This document shows positions 1 to 10,116 of a stretch of 64,000 nt of DNA, piece by piece. The stretch lies in IMG/VR virus record IMGVR_UViG_3300008110_000030, positions 124,001-188,000 of that record. The stretch is one strand, 5' to 3'. Positions within the stretch are counted from its first letter, which is position 1. Each line of letters opens with the position of its first letter. Under the pieces are notes generated by a model. That model searched no databases and was not told the origin of the DNA. It was given only the letters and a program-made list of their open reading frames with translations. The translations under genes and the position numbers were made by a program.

Positions 1-1
1 C

Positions 2-2326
2 TACGCATCGCCAGATGATGCGTTTATGCCAATTACTGCGATTGCTGTTCACCTACAATGGTTAGATACTTTAGTATGTTTAGCTATTCCGCCAAAAACA
101 TTAACAATGGAACAGGCAAAAGAGCAAATTAAAGAATTTCCAAATACAATACTGTTTGAAACTGAAGCAGAATTATTGGATACCTTTTTAACTTTAATTG
201 AAGATGCTGATGTTATTACAGGCTGGAACAGTGAAGGCTTTGATATTCCTTATACTGTTAACCGTGTTACTAAAGTTCTAAGCAAAGAGGACACTAAGAG
301 ATTCTGTCTATTTGATCAGTATCCTAAAAAACGTGAATATGAAAAGTTTGGTAGAACTTCAACTACATATGACTTTGTTGGGCGGGTGCATTTAGATAGT
401 TTAGAAGTTTATAGAAAATACAAATATGAAGAAATGCACAGTTACAGATTGGATGTAATTGGTGAGCTAGAATTGGGTGAGAAGAAAACTCAATACGAAG
501 GAACATTAGATCAACTGTATAATCAAGACTTTAAAACATTCATTGAATACAACAGACAAGATACGTCACTGTTAGATAAGATGGATAAGAAATTAAAGTT
601 TTTAGATCTGGCCAATGTACTAGCACATGGTAATACTGTATTGTTGCAAACAACAATGGGTGCTGTAGCCATGACCGAACAAGCTATTATTAATGAAGCA
701 CACCAACAAGGATTGATTGTTCCAAGTAGAGCAAGAAAATCTGAACAAGGCGACACTGCGGCAGCAGGTGCGTATGTTGCATATCCTAAAAAAGGATTGC
801 ATGGTTGGATTGGTGCTATTGACATTAACTCACTGTACCCTAGTGCAATTCGAGCATTAAACATGGCTCCAGAAACTATTGTTGGACAATTACGTCAAAC
901 AAAAACACAAGAGTTTATTGAAACACAAATGGCTTTACACAAAAAGTCATTTGCTGGCAGCTGGGAAGATAAATTTGGTAGCTTAGAATACGAGTCAGTT
1001 ATCAATCAAGACAAAGCAGAAGAAATTACAATTGATTGGGAAAACGGTGAAGTATCAGTACATAGTGGTGCTGAAATTTATGATATGATTTTCAACAGTC
1101 ACAAACCGTGGATCTTAAGTGCTAATGGTACAATATTCACTTATGAAAAAGAAGGCATTATTCCAGGTCTGTTAAAAAAGTGGTATGCTGAACGTAAGGA
1201 AATGCAAAAGAAATCTAAGGAAGCAGAATCTGCTGGCAACAAAATTGAAGCTGAATATTGGGACAAGCGACAATTAGTGCGTAAAATTAATCTTAACAGT
1301 TTGTATGGTGCGTTGTTAAATCCTGGTTGCAGATTCTTTGATAAGCGAATTGGACAATCAACTACACTGGTTGGCAGATGTGTTGCTAGACATATGGCAG
1401 GAAAGATCAATGAAATCATTTGCGGCACATATGATTACAAAGGTAAAAGTATTATATATGGCGACACTGACTCTTGTTATTTCTCCGCATATTCAACATT
1501 AAAAACTGACATTGATAAAGGTAACATAGCATGGAATAAAGACACTGTGGTTACTTTGTATGATCAAATTGCAGACGAAGTAAATGACAGTTTTCCACAA
1601 TTCATGCTTGACTACTTCCATGTTCCTAAGTCACGTGGAGAAGTGATTAAGGGTGGTAGAGAATTAGTTGCTATCAGCGGATTGTTTATTACCAAAAAGC
1701 GTTATGGTGTTTTAATTTATGACAAAGAAGGCAAACGTTTAGATGTAAACGACAAGCCAGGAAAAATTAAAGCAATGGGCTTGGATCTTAAACGTTCTGA
1801 TACACCTGAATATATGCAGACCTTTTTAGAAGAAATTCTAACAAACGTGCTAGAAGGAAAACAAGAAAAAGAAATTCTTGACAAGATCATTGAATTTAGA
1901 AACGAATGGAAAACCCGTCCTGGCTGGGAAAAAGGAAGTCCAAGACGAGCTAACAATATTTCTCAATATCAAGAAGAAGAACGTAAAAAAGGTAAAGCTA
2001 ATATGCCAGGTCACGTTCGAGCAGCCATTAATTATAATAGAATGCGTGAGATGAACGGCGACAAGTATTCTGTACAAATTGTTGATGGAATGAAAGTTTA
2101 TGTGTGTAAATTAAAAAATAACGCAATTGGATACACAAGTATTGCATATCCTGTTGATGAACTTAAAATTCCCAAATGGTTTCAAGAATTACCATTTGAC
2201 GATGCGGCAATGGAACAGACAATTATTGACAATAAAATTGACAACTTGATCGGTGTACTTGAATGGGATATTGAAAGTACAACTGGCGCAGGAAATACCT
2301 TTAACAAATTGTTTGATTTTGAGTAA
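2..2326 (+). CDS. gp43: Family B DNA polymerase (T4 gp43-like), 5'-partial
   Basis: ExoII GWNSEGFDIPY, PolB motifs DINSLYPS, KINLNSLYG, YGDTDS, KKRY. The frame is open upstream of the ATG at 26 (YASPDDAFM), so the gene starts before the window. Confidence 0.97.
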   Translation, partial: YASPDDAFMPITAIAVHLQWLDTLVCLAIPPKTLTMEQAKEQIKEFPNTILFETEAELLDTFLTLIEDADVITGWNSEGFDIPYTVNRVTKVLSKEDTKRFCLFDQYPKKREYEKFGRTSTTYDFVGRVHLDSLEVYRKYKYEEMHSYRLDVIGELELGEKKTQYEGTLDQLYNQDFKTFIEYNRQDTSLLDKMDKKLKFLDLANVLAHGNTVLLQTTMGAVAMTEQAIINEAHQQGLIVPSRARKSEQGDTAAAGAYVAYPKKGLHGWIGAIDINSLYPSAIRALNMAPETIVGQLRQTKTQEFIETQMALHKKSFAGSWEDKFGSLEYESVINQDKAEEITIDWENGEVSVHSGAEIYDMIFNSHKPWILSANGTIFTYEKEGIIPGLLKKWYAERKEMQKKSKEAESAGNKIEAEYWDKRQLVRKINLNSLYGALLNPGCRFFDKRIGQSTTLVGRCVARHMAGKINEIICGTYDYKGKSIIYGDTDSCYFSAYSTLKTDIDKGNIAWNKDTVVTLYDQIADEVNDSFPQFMLDYFHVPKSRGEVIKGGRELVAISGLFITKKRYGVLIYDKEGKRLDVNDKPGKIKAMGLDLKRSDTPEYMQTFLEEILTNVLEGKQEKEILDKIIEFRNEWKTRPGWEKGSPRRANNISQYQEEERKKGKANMPGHVRAAINYNRMREMNGDKYSVQIVDGMKVYVCKLKNNAIGYTSIAYPVDELKIPKWFQELPFDDAAMEQTIIDNKIDNLIGVLEWDIESTTGAGNTFNKLFDFE

Positions 2327-2333
2327 GAATAAC

Positions 2334-2362
2334 TTGACTTCAAACCTAAATAATAATACAAT
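2334..2362 (+). promoter_or_regulatory. sigma70-type promoter with nested TAAATA late element
   Basis: TTGACT-N17-TACAAT; spacer contains CCTAAATAAT; AGGAG RBS before 2383. Confidence 0.75.
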
Positions 2363-2382
2363 TAAAAACAGGAGATTATAAC

Positions 2383-3120
2383 ATGAAAGACATACTTCAA
2401 GACATCGTAGGGCATACACACAATTTAGGCTTTTTGAACATTGTAAAAATTACAGGGGACAACGAAGGCACTAAAATTGACAGTATGGCCGATGACCGTA
2501 GCGTTATTATGCTAGGTGAAACAAATGCACCCGTTCCAGAGTTGGGTGGCGTTTTTGGAATGCCACAACTTAATAAATTAAAGTATTTGTTAGACTGCAC
2601 TGAATATAAAGAAAGTGCCAAAATTGATTTAGTATCAGCAGATAGGAATGGCGCAACTGTTCCAGTAGGTATTCACTTTGAAAATAAAGAAGGCGATTTT
2701 AAAAACGACTATCGCTTTATGAATACAGAAATTATTAATGAAAAATTAAAAAGCGTTAAGTTCAAAGTACCACAATGGGACGTAGAGCTGGAGCCAAGTG
2801 TTTCTAGTGTACAGCGTTTTAACTTTCAAGCAGGTGCTAACACAGAACACACAACGTTTGTTGCAAAAACTGATGGTGATAAACTAAAGTTTGTTTTTGG
2901 TGATCAAAGCACACACGGTGGCGAATTTGTATTTGCTACAGGTATCAGTGGCACACTAAACAAAGGCTGGACATGGCCCGTTGCACCAATTTTAGCAATT
3001 CTAAAAATTGCAGACGTTAACAATACTAAGATTAGTTTTTCTAATGGTGTAGGTGCTATGATGATTACTCTTGATAGCGGCATTGCAACTTACAAATACA
3101 TTGTTCCAGCACAAGCCTAA
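2383..3120 (+). CDS. DNA polymerase sliding clamp (gp45-like)
   Basis: 245 aa, clamp-sized alpha/beta protein directly after the polymerase; ends YKYIVPA as clamps do. Confidence 0.7.
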   Translation: MKDILQDIVGHTHNLGFLNIVKITGDNEGTKIDSMADDRSVIMLGETNAPVPELGGVFGMPQLNKLKYLLDCTEYKESAKIDLVSADRNGATVPVGIHFENKEGDFKNDYRFMNTEIINEKLKSVKFKVPQWDVELEPSVSSVQRFNFQAGANTEHTTFVAKTDGDKLKFVFGDQSTHGGEFVFATGISGTLNKGWTWPVAPILAILKIADVNNTKISFSNGVGAMMITLDSGIATYKYIVPAQA

Positions 3121-3122
3121 AT

Positions 3123-3476
3123 ATGATTAAAGGACTTCAGGGCATAACAGGAGTATCAGTAGGAGCTGGCAATACCAGCTTGCCTTATGTTAATCCAAAT
3201 CCCAATAACCCTATGACAGGTATGCTACGTATTAATGGCACTGAGATGGAAGTGTTTAATGGCTCTAGCTGGCAAATACTATCCACTAGCTATGCTACTG
3301 TAGGGTTAGATCAAGAAGTGCTTGATATCATACAATGGGCACGTAAGAAGCGTGATGAAGAAAAAGAAATGTTGGTTCTTGCCCAAACTAACTCAGCTGT
3401 TAAAAATGCGTTAGATGCTGTTGAACGAGCAAAAGAACAATTAAAAATAATAAAGGATCTATCAATTGAGCACTAA
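3123..3476 (+). CDS. Hypothetical protein with C-terminal coiled coil
   Basis: 117-aa ORF packed in the operon. Confidence 0.7.
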   Translation: MIKGLQGITGVSVGAGNTSLPYVNPNPNNPMTGMLRINGTEMEVFNGSSWQILSTSYATVGLDQEVLDIIQWARKKRDEEKEMLVLAQTNSAVKNALDAVERAKEQLKIIKDLSIEH

Positions 3477-4995
3477 TAGAATCAATTACACAGAAACACA
3501 ACGAGACTACGCTGTTTACTTGCCAGCTATTAGTAGTTTTTATACTAAAATGGTCAGTGATACTAGGCATAATCACAAGAGTGGGGTAGTGTCAGAAAGA
3601 CTGCCTAAAGGTTTTGAGCATGGGATTGAATCCATGAACTTTTTAGATGCTGAACGAGGTGCATTTACATACAAGTATGGTCTATATTCAGCAGGTCATG
3701 CGCAACTTGACTTAGATAAAACTATGCTTCGAGATGCAATGGTGCAAGAGCGAGATCGAGACAATACTATTATCTTAGGTGACTCAGGTGGTTTCCAAAT
3801 TGGTAAAGGTGTTTTAAAGTTTGATTGGCAAGACTTTAAAGGTAAAGGTGCTAATAAAACTCGTGATCAGATTCTAAATTGGTTAGAGCTTACTGCTAAC
3901 TGGAGTATGGTGCTCGACGTTCCCACATGGGCTAGTAATGACTTGCATCGTGACAAAACTGGATTGAATAATTTCCAAGATTGCTTAGATGCAACTATTT
4001 GGAACAACAATTATTTTGCACAAAATCGTCTAGGCAATACAAAATTTTTAAATGTCTTACAAGGTAACAGTTTAGAAGAAGCTGACATTTGGTATGATGC
4101 AGTTAAACATTTGCCATTTGAAGGATGGGCAATGGGTTCACAAAATATGTGTAATATGCCAATTATTCTACATAGACTAATAACAATGCGTGATGAAGGC
4201 ATGTTAGAAGGTAAGAACTGGATGCACTTTTTGGGCACTGCTCCTTTAGACTGGGCTTGTTATTTGACAAGCATCCAACGTGTATTGCGTAAGCATTGTA
4301 ATCCTAATATGACAATCAGTTTTGACTGTGCAAGTCCGTATATTGCAGTAGCATATGGTCTTTCATATACAGATCCAAGTTTCCGTAGAGATAAATGGTC
4401 TATTTTGATGGAAAAGGCTCCGGACAATAAAGTTTGGGCTGGTGATAATATTCCATTCCCTTGGCGTAGTGCTATCGGTGATCGTTTAACAATGGGCGAT
4501 GTTTGTTATTATAAACCAGGCGACTTAAACAAGATTGGTAAAGAAGGCAAAACTAGTTGGGATAGTTTTAGTTATGGGCTATATATGGCGCATAATACTG
4601 AAGTACATATCCAAGCTGTGCAACGTGCCAACCAATTGATGGATATGGAAACAGCAAGGTATAAACCAGACTGGAGATATTGGCGCAAACTTAACGAGAG
4701 AGAAGAAAAAAGTGATAGCCCAAGCGAATGGGTTCCACGTAATATTCTATACTTTGATAGATTTGTTCAAGAATTATTTGAAAGTGATGATCCACGCACA
4801 ATGCTCAAACACGCACACAATTTCTTAACTGAATTGCAAGGCGGATTACAGCGAGGAAAAACTGGCAACGATGTTAAGAATCGTGTTATCAATGCTGTGT
4901 TCGATTTTGGTGAAGATACATTCCCATCAAATGAAGAACTAACTGATATGAACGATGAAAAAATTGTTGCACTTGAAAACACTTTGGATGATTGA
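3466..4995 (+). CDS. dpdA: DpdA-like DNA 7-deazaguanine transglycosylase (TGT superfamily)
   Basis: TGT catalytic motif LGDSGGFQ, MVLDVP, NVLQG, MHFLG, SFDCASP and C-terminal AHN. Lacks the CxCxxC zinc site of tRNA TGTs. Clusters with folE/queE. Confidence 0.8.
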   Translation: MSTNRINYTETQRDYAVYLPAISSFYTKMVSDTRHNHKSGVVSERLPKGFEHGIESMNFLDAERGAFTYKYGLYSAGHAQLDLDKTMLRDAMVQERDRDNTIILGDSGGFQIGKGVLKFDWQDFKGKGANKTRDQILNWLELTANWSMVLDVPTWASNDLHRDKTGLNNFQDCLDATIWNNNYFAQNRLGNTKFLNVLQGNSLEEADIWYDAVKHLPFEGWAMGSQNMCNMPIILHRLITMRDEGMLEGKNWMHFLGTAPLDWACYLTSIQRVLRKHCNPNMTISFDCASPYIAVAYGLSYTDPSFRRDKWSILMEKAPDNKVWAGDNIPFPWRSAIGDRLTMGDVCYYKPGDLNKIGKEGKTSWDSFSYGLYMAHNTEVHIQAVQRANQLMDMETARYKPDWRYWRKLNEREEKSDSPSEWVPRNILYFDRFVQELFESDDPRTMLKHAHNFLTELQGGLQRGKTGNDVKNRVINAVFDFGEDTFPSNEELTDMNDEKIVALENTLDD

Positions 4996-5010
4996 TTTAT
5001 CCAATTTCCA

Positions 5011-5039
5011 TTGACTTTACCAATCGTATAGTTTATACT
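5011..5039 (+). promoter_or_regulatory. sigma70-type promoter
   Basis: TTGACT-N17-TATACT, ending 6 nt before the ATG at 5046. Confidence 0.7.
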
Positions 5040-5045
5040 AGTTTT

Positions 5046-5558
5046 ATGCTTAACACACAAGAACGTCAAGAAGTAACATATTTTACTGGATACGAAGTTG
5101 AACATACTATTTGTCATGGTATGAAGACTTTGTTCGTAGTTGGAACTCCGCCACTCGATGATATCCTATACAAGGCAATTCAAACTGACTGTAAACATAT
5201 CTACTTTGGCACAAGTCAAAGTTTTAATCCTAAATCAATTAGCCACGAAGAATATAAAGCGTGGGATGATGTTATTATTGGATGTCTAAAAGCTGACTAC
5301 TGGGTAACGCTAGACTTTGGCGTTGAACACGTCGAGGGTGTTTTAGAATCTGCTTATAATGAGTATCCTCGCTTTGTACCAATGATTAGTGTTAAACTAC
5401 CTTACATTAATCAACTCAACTACAATGCCACACTTAAACTGGATGACCGAACTTGGGGTGCTACTAATCCAGGTGTGTGGACACATCAACTACATGACCT
5501 AATGAGTAAAGACAAGTATACTTACTGGGATCAGTACACTCAAGATACACCAACATGA
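5046..5558 (+). CDS. Hypothetical protein in the deazaguanine cluster (170 aa from the ATG at 5046)
   Basis: ORF track starts at 4992, but the promoter at 5011-5039 implies the 5046 ATG. ATGA overlap with the next gene. Confidence 0.75.
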   Translation: MLNTQERQEVTYFTGYEVEHTICHGMKTLFVVGTPPLDDILYKAIQTDCKHIYFGTSQSFNPKSISHEEYKAWDDVIIGCLKADYWVTLDFGVEHVEGVLESAYNEYPRFVPMISVKLPYINQLNYNATLKLDDRTWGATNPGVWTHQLHDLMSKDKYTYWDQYTQDTPT

Positions 5559-5944
5559 TTATCCGACAAGATCAACGTCCTAACAAAATGATTTGGGTTA
5601 CCTTTCGCAAAGAAGGTATTCACAAATATCCAGCCGCACTTACAGATACAGCACTTGCTACAGGTGACGAGTATGATGTAAGTTTCCTAGGATATCCGCA
5701 TCGTCACATCTTCCATTTTAAAGTATGGATTGGTGTTACCCACGATGATCGCGATATTGAATTTATCCAGTTTAAACGCTGGTTGGAAAAACTGTACGCA
5801 GAAGGTACACTCCAACTAGATTACAAGAGTTGCGAGATGATGTCAGGCGATTTATATGACGCCATCTCCAATAAGTATCCTAACCGTGAGGTTTGGATTG
5901 AGGTCTCCGAAGATGGAGAAAATGGTTCTTTTATCAAGTATTAA
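5555..5944 (+). CDS. QueD-like T-fold protein (LxxxHRHxF; possible DpdL-type CDG decarboxylase)
   Basis: EGIH...LGYPHRHIFH, SCEM and C-terminal EVSEDGEN resemble the His/Glu metal and substrate residues of PTPS/QueD. Confidence 0.7.
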   Translation: MIIRQDQRPNKMIWVTFRKEGIHKYPAALTDTALATGDEYDVSFLGYPHRHIFHFKVWIGVTHDDRDIEFIQFKRWLEKLYAEGTLQLDYKSCEMMSGDLYDAISNKYPNREVWIEVSEDGENGSFIKY

Positions 5945-5964
5945 CATTTTAAGGAAATTGTAAA

Positions 5965-6204
5965 ATGGCACAACCTGCATGGCTTAACAAATATCTAACA
6001 ATGAAGCCTGAAGTAAACAAGATTTTTGATGATCTTGAAGCCTGGCACGATCATTGCCGATTGGAGCTGATTAATTTTAACCCAGCAGACTTGTACAAGT
6101 CTGATGTTTATCGCGACTGGAATCGTCGTAAAAATAGCAAGCCACGTCATTTTAAAAATGACTTTAACCGCAACAGCAACTATAAAAAGCCTTATCGTCA
6201 ATGA
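5965..6204 (+). CDS. Hypothetical protein
   Basis: 79-aa ORF with AAGGA RBS; ATGA overlap with the next gene. Confidence 0.7.
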   Translation: MAQPAWLNKYLTMKPEVNKIFDDLEAWHDHCRLELINFNPADLYKSDVYRDWNRRKNSKPRHFKNDFNRNSNYKKPYRQ

Positions 6205-7292
6205 TTTACATTGTTGATTTAGAAGCAGTTGAAACAAGGTACACTGGACAGTGGAAGTCCCACGTACCTAACATTTTACGAAAGGCAGGACACAATGTTC
6301 AAATTATATCTGGCCCTACGGATATCCCTACTGCAACCACTCCTGGCGCTTTTCTTAATTTTGGTGGTACCAATATATACAAAGCTAGCCAAGTGGAGCA
6401 ACTGGGCCGTTTATTTTGTAACGGAGCCATTCATCCCGGCGATCACTTTATTTTTACTGACGCTTGGCATCCGGGCATCATCAATCTAAAGTACATGAGC
6501 GAGTTGCTGGGTATTCCAATAACTACACACGGCTTGTGGCATGCTGGCAGTTATGATCCACAAGACTTCTTAGGACGTCTTGTTGGCGATAAGCCTTGGG
6601 TTAGGCATGCTGAGAAGAGTTTCTATCATGCGTTTGACCACAACTACTTTGCCACAGACTTTCACATTCATATGTTTTACGAAAACTTGATCCAAGCAGA
6701 TCCAGATCGTAGACAAACAATGTATAAGATTGTGATAGAAGATACAGTATTCAATAACAAGGTTGTGCGTACAGGATGGCCTATGGAGTATATGGATTCA
6801 ACTTTGACCATGTACAAAAATATGCCCAAGCGTGATCTTATTTTGTTTCCACATCGTATTGCTCCAGAGAAACAAGTTGAGATCTTCCGTGACTTAAAGG
6901 AACATTTACCGCAGTATGAATTTGTTGTATGTCAGGATCAACAACTAACAAAGAATGAGTATCATAATTTGTTAGGTGAGGCAAAGATAGTGTTTAGTGC
7001 TAACTTACAAGAAACGCTTGGCATTAGCTGTTATGAAGGTGCAGTAGTTGATGCTATTCCTATGGTGCCAGATAGATTAAGTTATACCGAAATGTACTAC
7101 GACAATTTTAAATATCCAAGTGAATGGACTGAAAGTTGGGATTCGTATACTGCACATCGTCCGCTGTTATGTAATAAGATTATACAATACATGGATAATT
7201 ATGAAAAATTTTTACCCAAGTTAAAGAATCAAACTATTGATTTAACCAACAACTTTTTTAGTGCAGGTAAATTAATTGAGCAACTCAAATAA
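6201..7292 (+). CDS. GT-B fold glycosyltransferase (GT4-like)
   Basis: LILFPHRIAPEKQ and ETLGISCYEG...AIPMVPD resemble the GT4 R..xEK and ExFG...E motifs. Confidence 0.8.
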   Translation: MIYIVDLEAVETRYTGQWKSHVPNILRKAGHNVQIISGPTDIPTATTPGAFLNFGGTNIYKASQVEQLGRLFCNGAIHPGDHFIFTDAWHPGIINLKYMSELLGIPITTHGLWHAGSYDPQDFLGRLVGDKPWVRHAEKSFYHAFDHNYFATDFHIHMFYENLIQADPDRRQTMYKIVIEDTVFNNKVVRTGWPMEYMDSTLTMYKNMPKRDLILFPHRIAPEKQVEIFRDLKEHLPQYEFVVCQDQQLTKNEYHNLLGEAKIVFSANLQETLGISCYEGAVVDAIPMVPDRLSYTEMYYDNFKYPSEWTESWDSYTAHRPLLCNKIIQYMDNYEKFLPKLKNQTIDLTNNFFSAGKLIEQLK

Positions 7293-7854
7293 TAGAACAA
7301 TTATAGAAGAAAATGACGTATTTAGAAAATATAATTTTTCTTCTATAATCTCTCCGCAAGATGAATCTCTTGCAAAAACAGATATCAAAACAATAATTGA
7401 AAATGGGAACTATTTTAAAAATAGTCCAAAATTTCAAACATCTGAAAACTTGTTTTCTAGACACGAACCACATTGGTTAAAATTTAGAATGAGTTTTATT
7501 TTTAGTTGTTTCATGCATATAGGGCGTGAAGTACAAATTAAAAATATGCAAGCGTGGAGTTTTATGACTAATAATGATATTGTTGAAGATCGTGAAGATC
7601 TTTGGCATACTCATCATTTAACAAAACAAAATAATTCAATTTCAGGAATTTATTATTTGCATATTCCTGAAGATGCTGTTTATATGTTAAGCGGCACAGA
7701 ATTTGCTCCTAATGGAATTACCTCTCCTGAACGAGTAGTAGTTACTCCAGGAAAGCAAAGTTGGATAGTTTATCCAAGTGACCAATGGCATAGACCAATG
7801 CCTACACAAAGCAATGGCTATAGATTTATTATAGCCGCAGATATGGAGTATTAA
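7276..7854 (+). CDS. Putative 2OG-Fe(II) oxygenase (double-stranded beta helix)
   Basis: WHTH...ISGIYYL...YPSDQWH...RFIIA: HxH...H...R pattern. Confidence 0.65.
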   Translation: MSNSNNRTIIEENDVFRKYNFSSIISPQDESLAKTDIKTIIENGNYFKNSPKFQTSENLFSRHEPHWLKFRMSFIFSCFMHIGREVQIKNMQAWSFMTNNDIVEDREDLWHTHHLTKQNNSISGIYYLHIPEDAVYMLSGTEFAPNGITSPERVVVTPGKQSWIVYPSDQWHRPMPTQSNGYRFIIAADMEY

Positions 7855-7855
7855 A

Positions 7856-8158
7856 ATGAAATGGTATGACAAGTGGATCATGAATCGTGCTGAAAGAATC
7901 ATGTACAAACAAAGAGAGGAAAAAGAAATGAGTTATGGTCAAGTGGCTGTTAAATCAGCAAGATTGAGTGATGGTGGCTTAGACAGCCCCGCAGTGCGTT
8001 TTAAAATGTTCAAAGCTAGCGGTGGTACTATCATTGAAACTCAAGTTTATGATGAAAGAAAAGATAGACACGTAAACGGACTGTATGTCATAACCAATGA
8101 CAAAAACTTAGGTGAAGAAATTGGTAAAATTTTGACACTGGAAAGTTTGAAAGTTTGA
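7856..8158 (+). CDS. Hypothetical protein
   Basis: 100-aa ORF with GGAG RBS. Confidence 0.7.
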   Translation: MKWYDKWIMNRAERIMYKQREEKEMSYGQVAVKSARLSDGGLDSPAVRFKMFKASGGTIIETQVYDERKDRHVNGLYVITNDKNLGEEIGKILTLESLKV

Positions 8159-8184
8159 CAAATGATCCTAAATAATGTTATAAT
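8155..8184 (+). promoter_or_regulatory. sigma70-type promoter with nested TAAATA
   Basis: TTGACA-N18-TATAAT; spacer contains CCTAAATAAT. Confidence 0.75.
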
Positions 8185-8210
8185 TAACTTGTTTAGTATA
8201 GGAATCGATA

Positions 8211-8960
8211 ATGATATCAAAAAGTAATGAAACAGGATTGGACGCAATGGCTGGCGATGGTGGCTACAAAGAAGCATACCTAGGCGATCATATTCGCTTT
8301 AAAATGAAACGTGAAGGCAAACGTTTTTGGGCTGGCGACAACATTAGTGACTACTTACACGAAGGTGATATAGAAAAACTGATTGACGAAGCAACTCCGG
8401 CATTTGAACAAGTGCTCGATCGTTTGCTGATTGATCGTGAAAGCGATCCTAATTCACATGGCACAGCTCGTAGGCTTGCTAAAATGTACTTTAACGAAAT
8501 AATGGCAGGACGTTATGACCCAGCACCAGATTGTACAGCATTTCCAAATGACTCGGCGGATCGTTACGAAGGTATGTTGGTTGTTCGTAGTGAGTTGCGT
8601 AGTATGTGTAGCCATCATCACCAACCCGTTGCTGGCGTTGCTTATATTGGTATTATTGCTGCCGAGAAACTCATTGGACTCTCAAAGTACACCCGAATCG
8701 CACAGTGGTGTGCAAGACGAGGTACTCTCCAGGAGGAACTTTGTAATGACATTGCTAGGGAAATCAGCAAAGCAACAAACTCTAAAAACGTAGCAGTCTA
8801 TATTCAAGCAACACATGGTTGTTGTGAGAATCGCGGCATTATGGCACACAGTAGTCTTACACAAACTACAGTACTTACAGGATCATTTAAAACTGATCCT
8901 GGTGCAAAGAAAGAGTTCTTTGACAACATCAAATTGCAACAAGAGTTTGCTCCACGATGA
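8211..8960 (+). CDS. folE: GTP cyclohydrolase I
   Basis: SMCSHH, IGLSKYTRI, LQEEL, HGCCENRG motifs. Confidence 0.96.
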   Translation: MISKSNETGLDAMAGDGGYKEAYLGDHIRFKMKREGKRFWAGDNISDYLHEGDIEKLIDEATPAFEQVLDRLLIDRESDPNSHGTARRLAKMYFNEIMAGRYDPAPDCTAFPNDSADRYEGMLVVRSELRSMCSHHHQPVAGVAYIGIIAAEKLIGLSKYTRIAQWCARRGTLQEELCNDIAREISKATNSKNVAVYIQATHGCCENRGIMAHSSLTQTTVLTGSFKTDPGAKKEFFDNIKLQQEFAPR

Positions 8961-9133
8961 ATTTAGACTTTGATCAGCAACACCAGTATTATTTAGAGTA
9001 CAACATTAAAGCCGTAGAGTTGGGTAAAATGTGTAATCAGTATCCTGCGCTTCAAAAAGCGTGGGATCAATTTAAAACTGTTTACGAACTTTGTAAGGAA
9101 GAAAACGATGAAGATTACCAGTCATTTCCTTAA
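8957..9133 (+). CDS. Small hypothetical protein (58 aa, not in ORF track)
   Basis: ATG overlaps the folE stop (ATGA); MNLDFDQQHQYY...YPALQKAWDQFKTVYELCK...; fills the gap. Confidence 0.65.
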   Translation: MNLDFDQQHQYYLEYNIKAVELGKMCNQYPALQKAWDQFKTVYELCKEENDEDYQSFP

Positions 9134-9590
9134 TTGGCTCGAATCTAAAGACCGTAAACGTGTTATTATGGACCGTACTTGCGATGAGCCTTTACTTACA
9201 CGTTACTACTTGTTCTTAAAGGATCGTAAAACATTTCCGTTTAACGTATTCTTGCACAAGTTCCATAAGGGTGATCCAGGCGATGTACACGATCATCCTT
9301 GGCCGTATGCTACACTGATACTAGCAGGCGGTTACTATGAATACACACCTAATTTTGAATATGGCAAAATGGTTGGTGAAACTAAACATTGGCGTGGCCC
9401 TGGACATTTTAGACTTTGTAGTGCTAACAGTTATCACCGTATTGAATTAAAAGAGGGTGTAACACCCTGGACTTTGTTTATGCCAGGCCCACAACGACAA
9501 GAATGGGGATTCTGGGTAAACAACAAATGGATACATAACAATCAATACTTAAAGGACAAGTATGAACAAGCGCATAATAACATACACTGA
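9108..9590 (+). CDS. Cupin-fold protein
   Basis: HDHPW...LILAGGYYE...HRIEL cupin motifs. Confidence 0.7.
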   Translation: MKITSHFLNWLESKDRKRVIMDRTCDEPLLTRYYLFLKDRKTFPFNVFLHKFHKGDPGDVHDHPWPYATLILAGGYYEYTPNFEYGKMVGETKHWRGPGHFRLCSANSYHRIELKEGVTPWTLFMPGPQRQEWGFWVNNKWIHNNQYLKDKYEQAHNNIH

Positions 9591-10116
9591 ATTTAAAAAT
9601 TTAGTCAGCAGTCTGTGTAGACAGATAACTCTTAGTGACTGGAAACCAGATTACATTGTTGGTATTAGCAGAGGCGGTCTTTTACCAGCAGTTATGATTA
9701 GTCATTACTTGAATGTTCCAATGCGCCCATTGCAAGTAAGTTTGCGAGATGGTGGCGAGTGTGTTAGCGACCTTGGCATGGCAGAAGATGCATACGGTTA
9801 TGTCAATATAGAAGACAGAGAATTTAATGATGGTGAAACTAGTAATGTTTTATCTAGAAAAAATATATTAATAGTAGATGATATTAATGATCAAGGTAAC
9901 ACAGTTAATTGGATATTAGATGATTGGCCAAGTGGATGTATGCCCAATGATAAATCTTGGGAAACTGTTTGGAACAACAATGTAAAGTTTGCTGTATTAT
10001 TTGATAATCTAGCCAGTAAAGCATCTGTTAAAATGGACTTTGCAGGTGAGGAAATTAATAAAGCAGAGAATGATGTTTGGATTGAATTTCCTTACGAGGA
10101 GTGGTGGACAAAATGA
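9562..10116 (+). CDS. Type I purine phosphoribosyltransferase (xanthine/guanine PRT-like)
   Basis: IVGISRGGLLPA, PRPP-binding ILIVDDINDQGNT, WIEFPYE. Confidence 0.88.
   Translation: MNKRIITYTEFKNLVSSLCRQITLSDWKPDYIVGISRGGLLPAVMISHYLNVPMRPLQVSLRDGGECVSDLGMAEDAYGYVNIEDREFNDGETSNVLSRKNILIVDDINDQGNTVNWILDDWPSGCMPNDKSWETVWNNNVKFAVLFDNLASKASVKMDFAGEEINKAENDVWIEFPYEEWWTK

Noticed and set aside
523-2419. Antisense ORFs over the polymerase, and similar shadow ORFs throughout the window
   Set aside because: They lie opposite well-supported genes and have no motifs or RBS; typical antisense shadows.
3466-4995. Canonical tRNA-guanine transglycosylase (tgt)
   Set aside because: No CxCxxC zinc site, and the context next to DNA polymerase favours DNA-acting DpdA.
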